Shown piece after piece: positions 44,355-45,705 of a stretch of 45,705 nt of DNA (positions within the stretch are counted from its first letter, which is position 1; each line of letters starts with the position of its first letter). A program made the translations under genes and the position numbers. Location: positions 1 to 45,705 of the forward strand of contig JAOZQN010000002.1 in NCBI GenBank assembly GCA_029932195.1, given 5' to 3'. The notes beneath the pieces are model-generated. The model had not been told where the DNA came from. It searched no databases and saw only the letters and a program-made list of their open reading frames with translations. Origin of the DNA: Bacteroidales bacterium. GTDB taxonomy: Bacteria > Bacteroidota > Bacteroidia > Bacteroidales > JAOZQN01.

Positions 44355-45705
44355 ATGGCAACAAAAGATACTTTAAAAAAAATAATAGCACACTCAAAAG
44401 AATATGGTTTTATATTCCAGTCAAGCGAAATTTACGATGGGCTTAGTGCCGTTTACGATTATGGACAAAATGGAGTAGAACTCAAAAAAAACATCCGAGA
44501 TTATTGGTGGAAATCAATGGTTTATCTGCACGAAAACATTGTAGGACTTGATGCTGCAATATTTATGCACCCAAAAATATGGGAAGCATCTGGACACGTA
44601 GGTGCTTTTAACGACCCGCTTATTGATAACAAAGATAGTAAAAAACGCTACCGAGCAGATGTTCTGATAGAGGAATATCGTGAAAAAATTCAGAAAAAAA
44701 TAGAAAAAGAAGTTAAAAAAGCAAAGAAAAAATTTAAAGACGATTTTAATGAAGCTGAATTTTTGACTACAAATAAAAATGTTCTCAGAAATCAGAAAAA
44801 AATAGACGAACTAAATCATCGTTTTCAAACTGCATTGGAGGCTGATAACCTTGACGAAATTCGCCAAATAATTATTGATAGCGGAATTGCTTGTCCTGTT
44901 TCTGGTTCAAAAAACTGGACAGAAGTTAGACAATTCAACCTAATGTTCGACACCAAACTTGGCTCTGTTACCGATGATGCCAACAAAATTTATCTTCGCC
45001 CCGAAACAGCACAAGGAATATTTGTAAACTATTTGAATGTTCAAAAAACTGGTCGTATGAAAATTCCTTTTGGAATAGCACAAACGGGTAAAGCTTTTAG
45101 AAATGAGATAGTTGCAAGACAATTTGTATTCCGTATGCGAGAATTTGAACAAATGGAAATGCAATTTTTTGTCCGTCCAGGAGAAGAGATGAAATGGTAT
45201 GATTACTGGCGAGAATTTAGATTAAAATGGCACAAAGTTCTCGAACTTGGCGACGAAAAATATCGTTTCCACAAACACGATAAACTTGCACACTACGCAA
45301 ACGCAGCAATGGACATTGAATTTGATTTTCCAATGGGCTTTAAAGAAGTGGAAGGCATACATTCACGGACGGATTTTGACTTATCGCAACATCAAAAATT
45401 CTCTGGAAAAAAACTACAATACTACGACCCAGAATTAGAAAAATCCTATGTCCCTTATGTTGTGGAAACTTCAATAGGGCTTGATAGAATGTTTATGACC
45501 ATATTATCAGGAGCTTACAACGAGGAGAAAATTAAAGATAAAAATGGAGAAACAAGCGAAAGGGTTGTTTTGAATCTGCCACCAGAGCTTGCTCCAATAA
45601 AAGTAGCAGTGCTTCCGCTTACAAAAAAAGATGGTCTGCCAGAACTTGCCCGTAAAATTATGGACAAATTAAAACTCCGACACAACGCACAATACGAAGA
45701 GAAGG
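44355..45705 (+). CDS. glyQS: glycine--tRNA ligase (dimeric class II GlyRS), 5' partial, running off the window end
   Basis: Own translation from the ATG at 44355: MATKDTLKKIIAHSKEYGFIFQSSEIYDGLSAVYDYGQNGVELKKNIRDYWW...RPETAQGIFVN...FRNEI..R.F.FRMREFEQMEMQFF. The frame stays open to base 45705, so it is absent from the ORF track. Confidence 0.9.
   Translation, partial: MATKDTLKKIIAHSKEYGFIFQSSEIYDGLSAVYDYGQNGVELKKNIRDYWWKSMVYLHENIVGLDAAIFMHPKIWEASGHVGAFNDPLIDNKDSKKRYRADVLIEEYREKIQKKIEKEVKKAKKKFKDDFNEAEFLTTNKNVLRNQKKIDELNHRFQTALEADNLDEIRQIIIDSGIACPVSGSKNWTEVRQFNLMFDTKLGSVTDDANKIYLRPETAQGIFVNYLNVQKTGRMKIPFGIAQTGKAFRNEIVARQFVFRMREFEQMEMQFFVRPGEEMKWYDYWREFRLKWHKVLELGDEKYRFHKHDKLAHYANAAMDIEFDFPMGFKEVEGIHSRTDFDLSQHQKFSGKKLQYYDPELEKSYVPYVVETSIGLDRMFMTILSGAYNEEKIKDKNGETSERVVLNLPPELAPIKVAVLPLTKKDGLPELARKIMDKLKLRHNAQYEEK

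Overview
AT-rich (roughly 30% GC by eye) chromosomal segment with Bacteroidota hallmarks: TAnnTTTG -7 promoter boxes, no Shine-Dalgarno sequences, and A/C-rich G-free leaders. I call 37 protein-coding genes, 35 on the + strand. I saw no rRNA, tRNA, CRISPR array, transposase or integrase. Layout: (1) 1-8.4 kb housekeeping genes (stand-alone DsbD-alpha paralog plus full DsbD, TPR protein, rpsU, cupin, purS, membrane protein, Skp/OmpH-like). (2) About 8.5-27.6 kb, a mosaic surface-polysaccharide locus (GT2, HAD, two Wzy/O-antigen-ligase-like proteins, Wzx, GT4, WcaF-like acetyltransferase, TylF-like methyltransferase, GT2). It carries two unusual biosynthetic cassettes. One is a translationally coupled B12-binding/GlmE-like mutase fusion, opine dehydrogenase and ATP-grasp ligase (12.3-16.2 kb). 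The other is a fused E1 alpha/beta 2-oxoacid dehydrogenase, an E2 with an extra Cys4 tail, and a carrier-protein::AcpS-type PPTase fusion, with no E3 (22.9-26.9 kb). These two cassettes are my best candidates for undescribed biology. (3) 28.0-31.6 kb, one 1205-aa single-chain nuclease-methylase-specificity (Type IIB/IIG-like) R-M enzyme sitting directly on ftsH. (4) 31.7-45.7 kb housekeeping and accessory genes (ftsH, PD-(D/E)xK protein, Cys-cluster protein, tsaB, O-methyltransferase, class III cyclase-HD fusion, enoyl-CoA hydratase, serine hydrolase, methionine aminotransferase, 5' part of glyQS). Intergenic DNA holds a family of 120-155 bp palindromic MITE-like elements. Two 123-bp copies (111/123 identical by hand alignment, opposite orientation) are each flanked by perfect 8-bp direct repeats. 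All functional calls rest on motif recognition by eye and recalled family knowledge; no database search was run.
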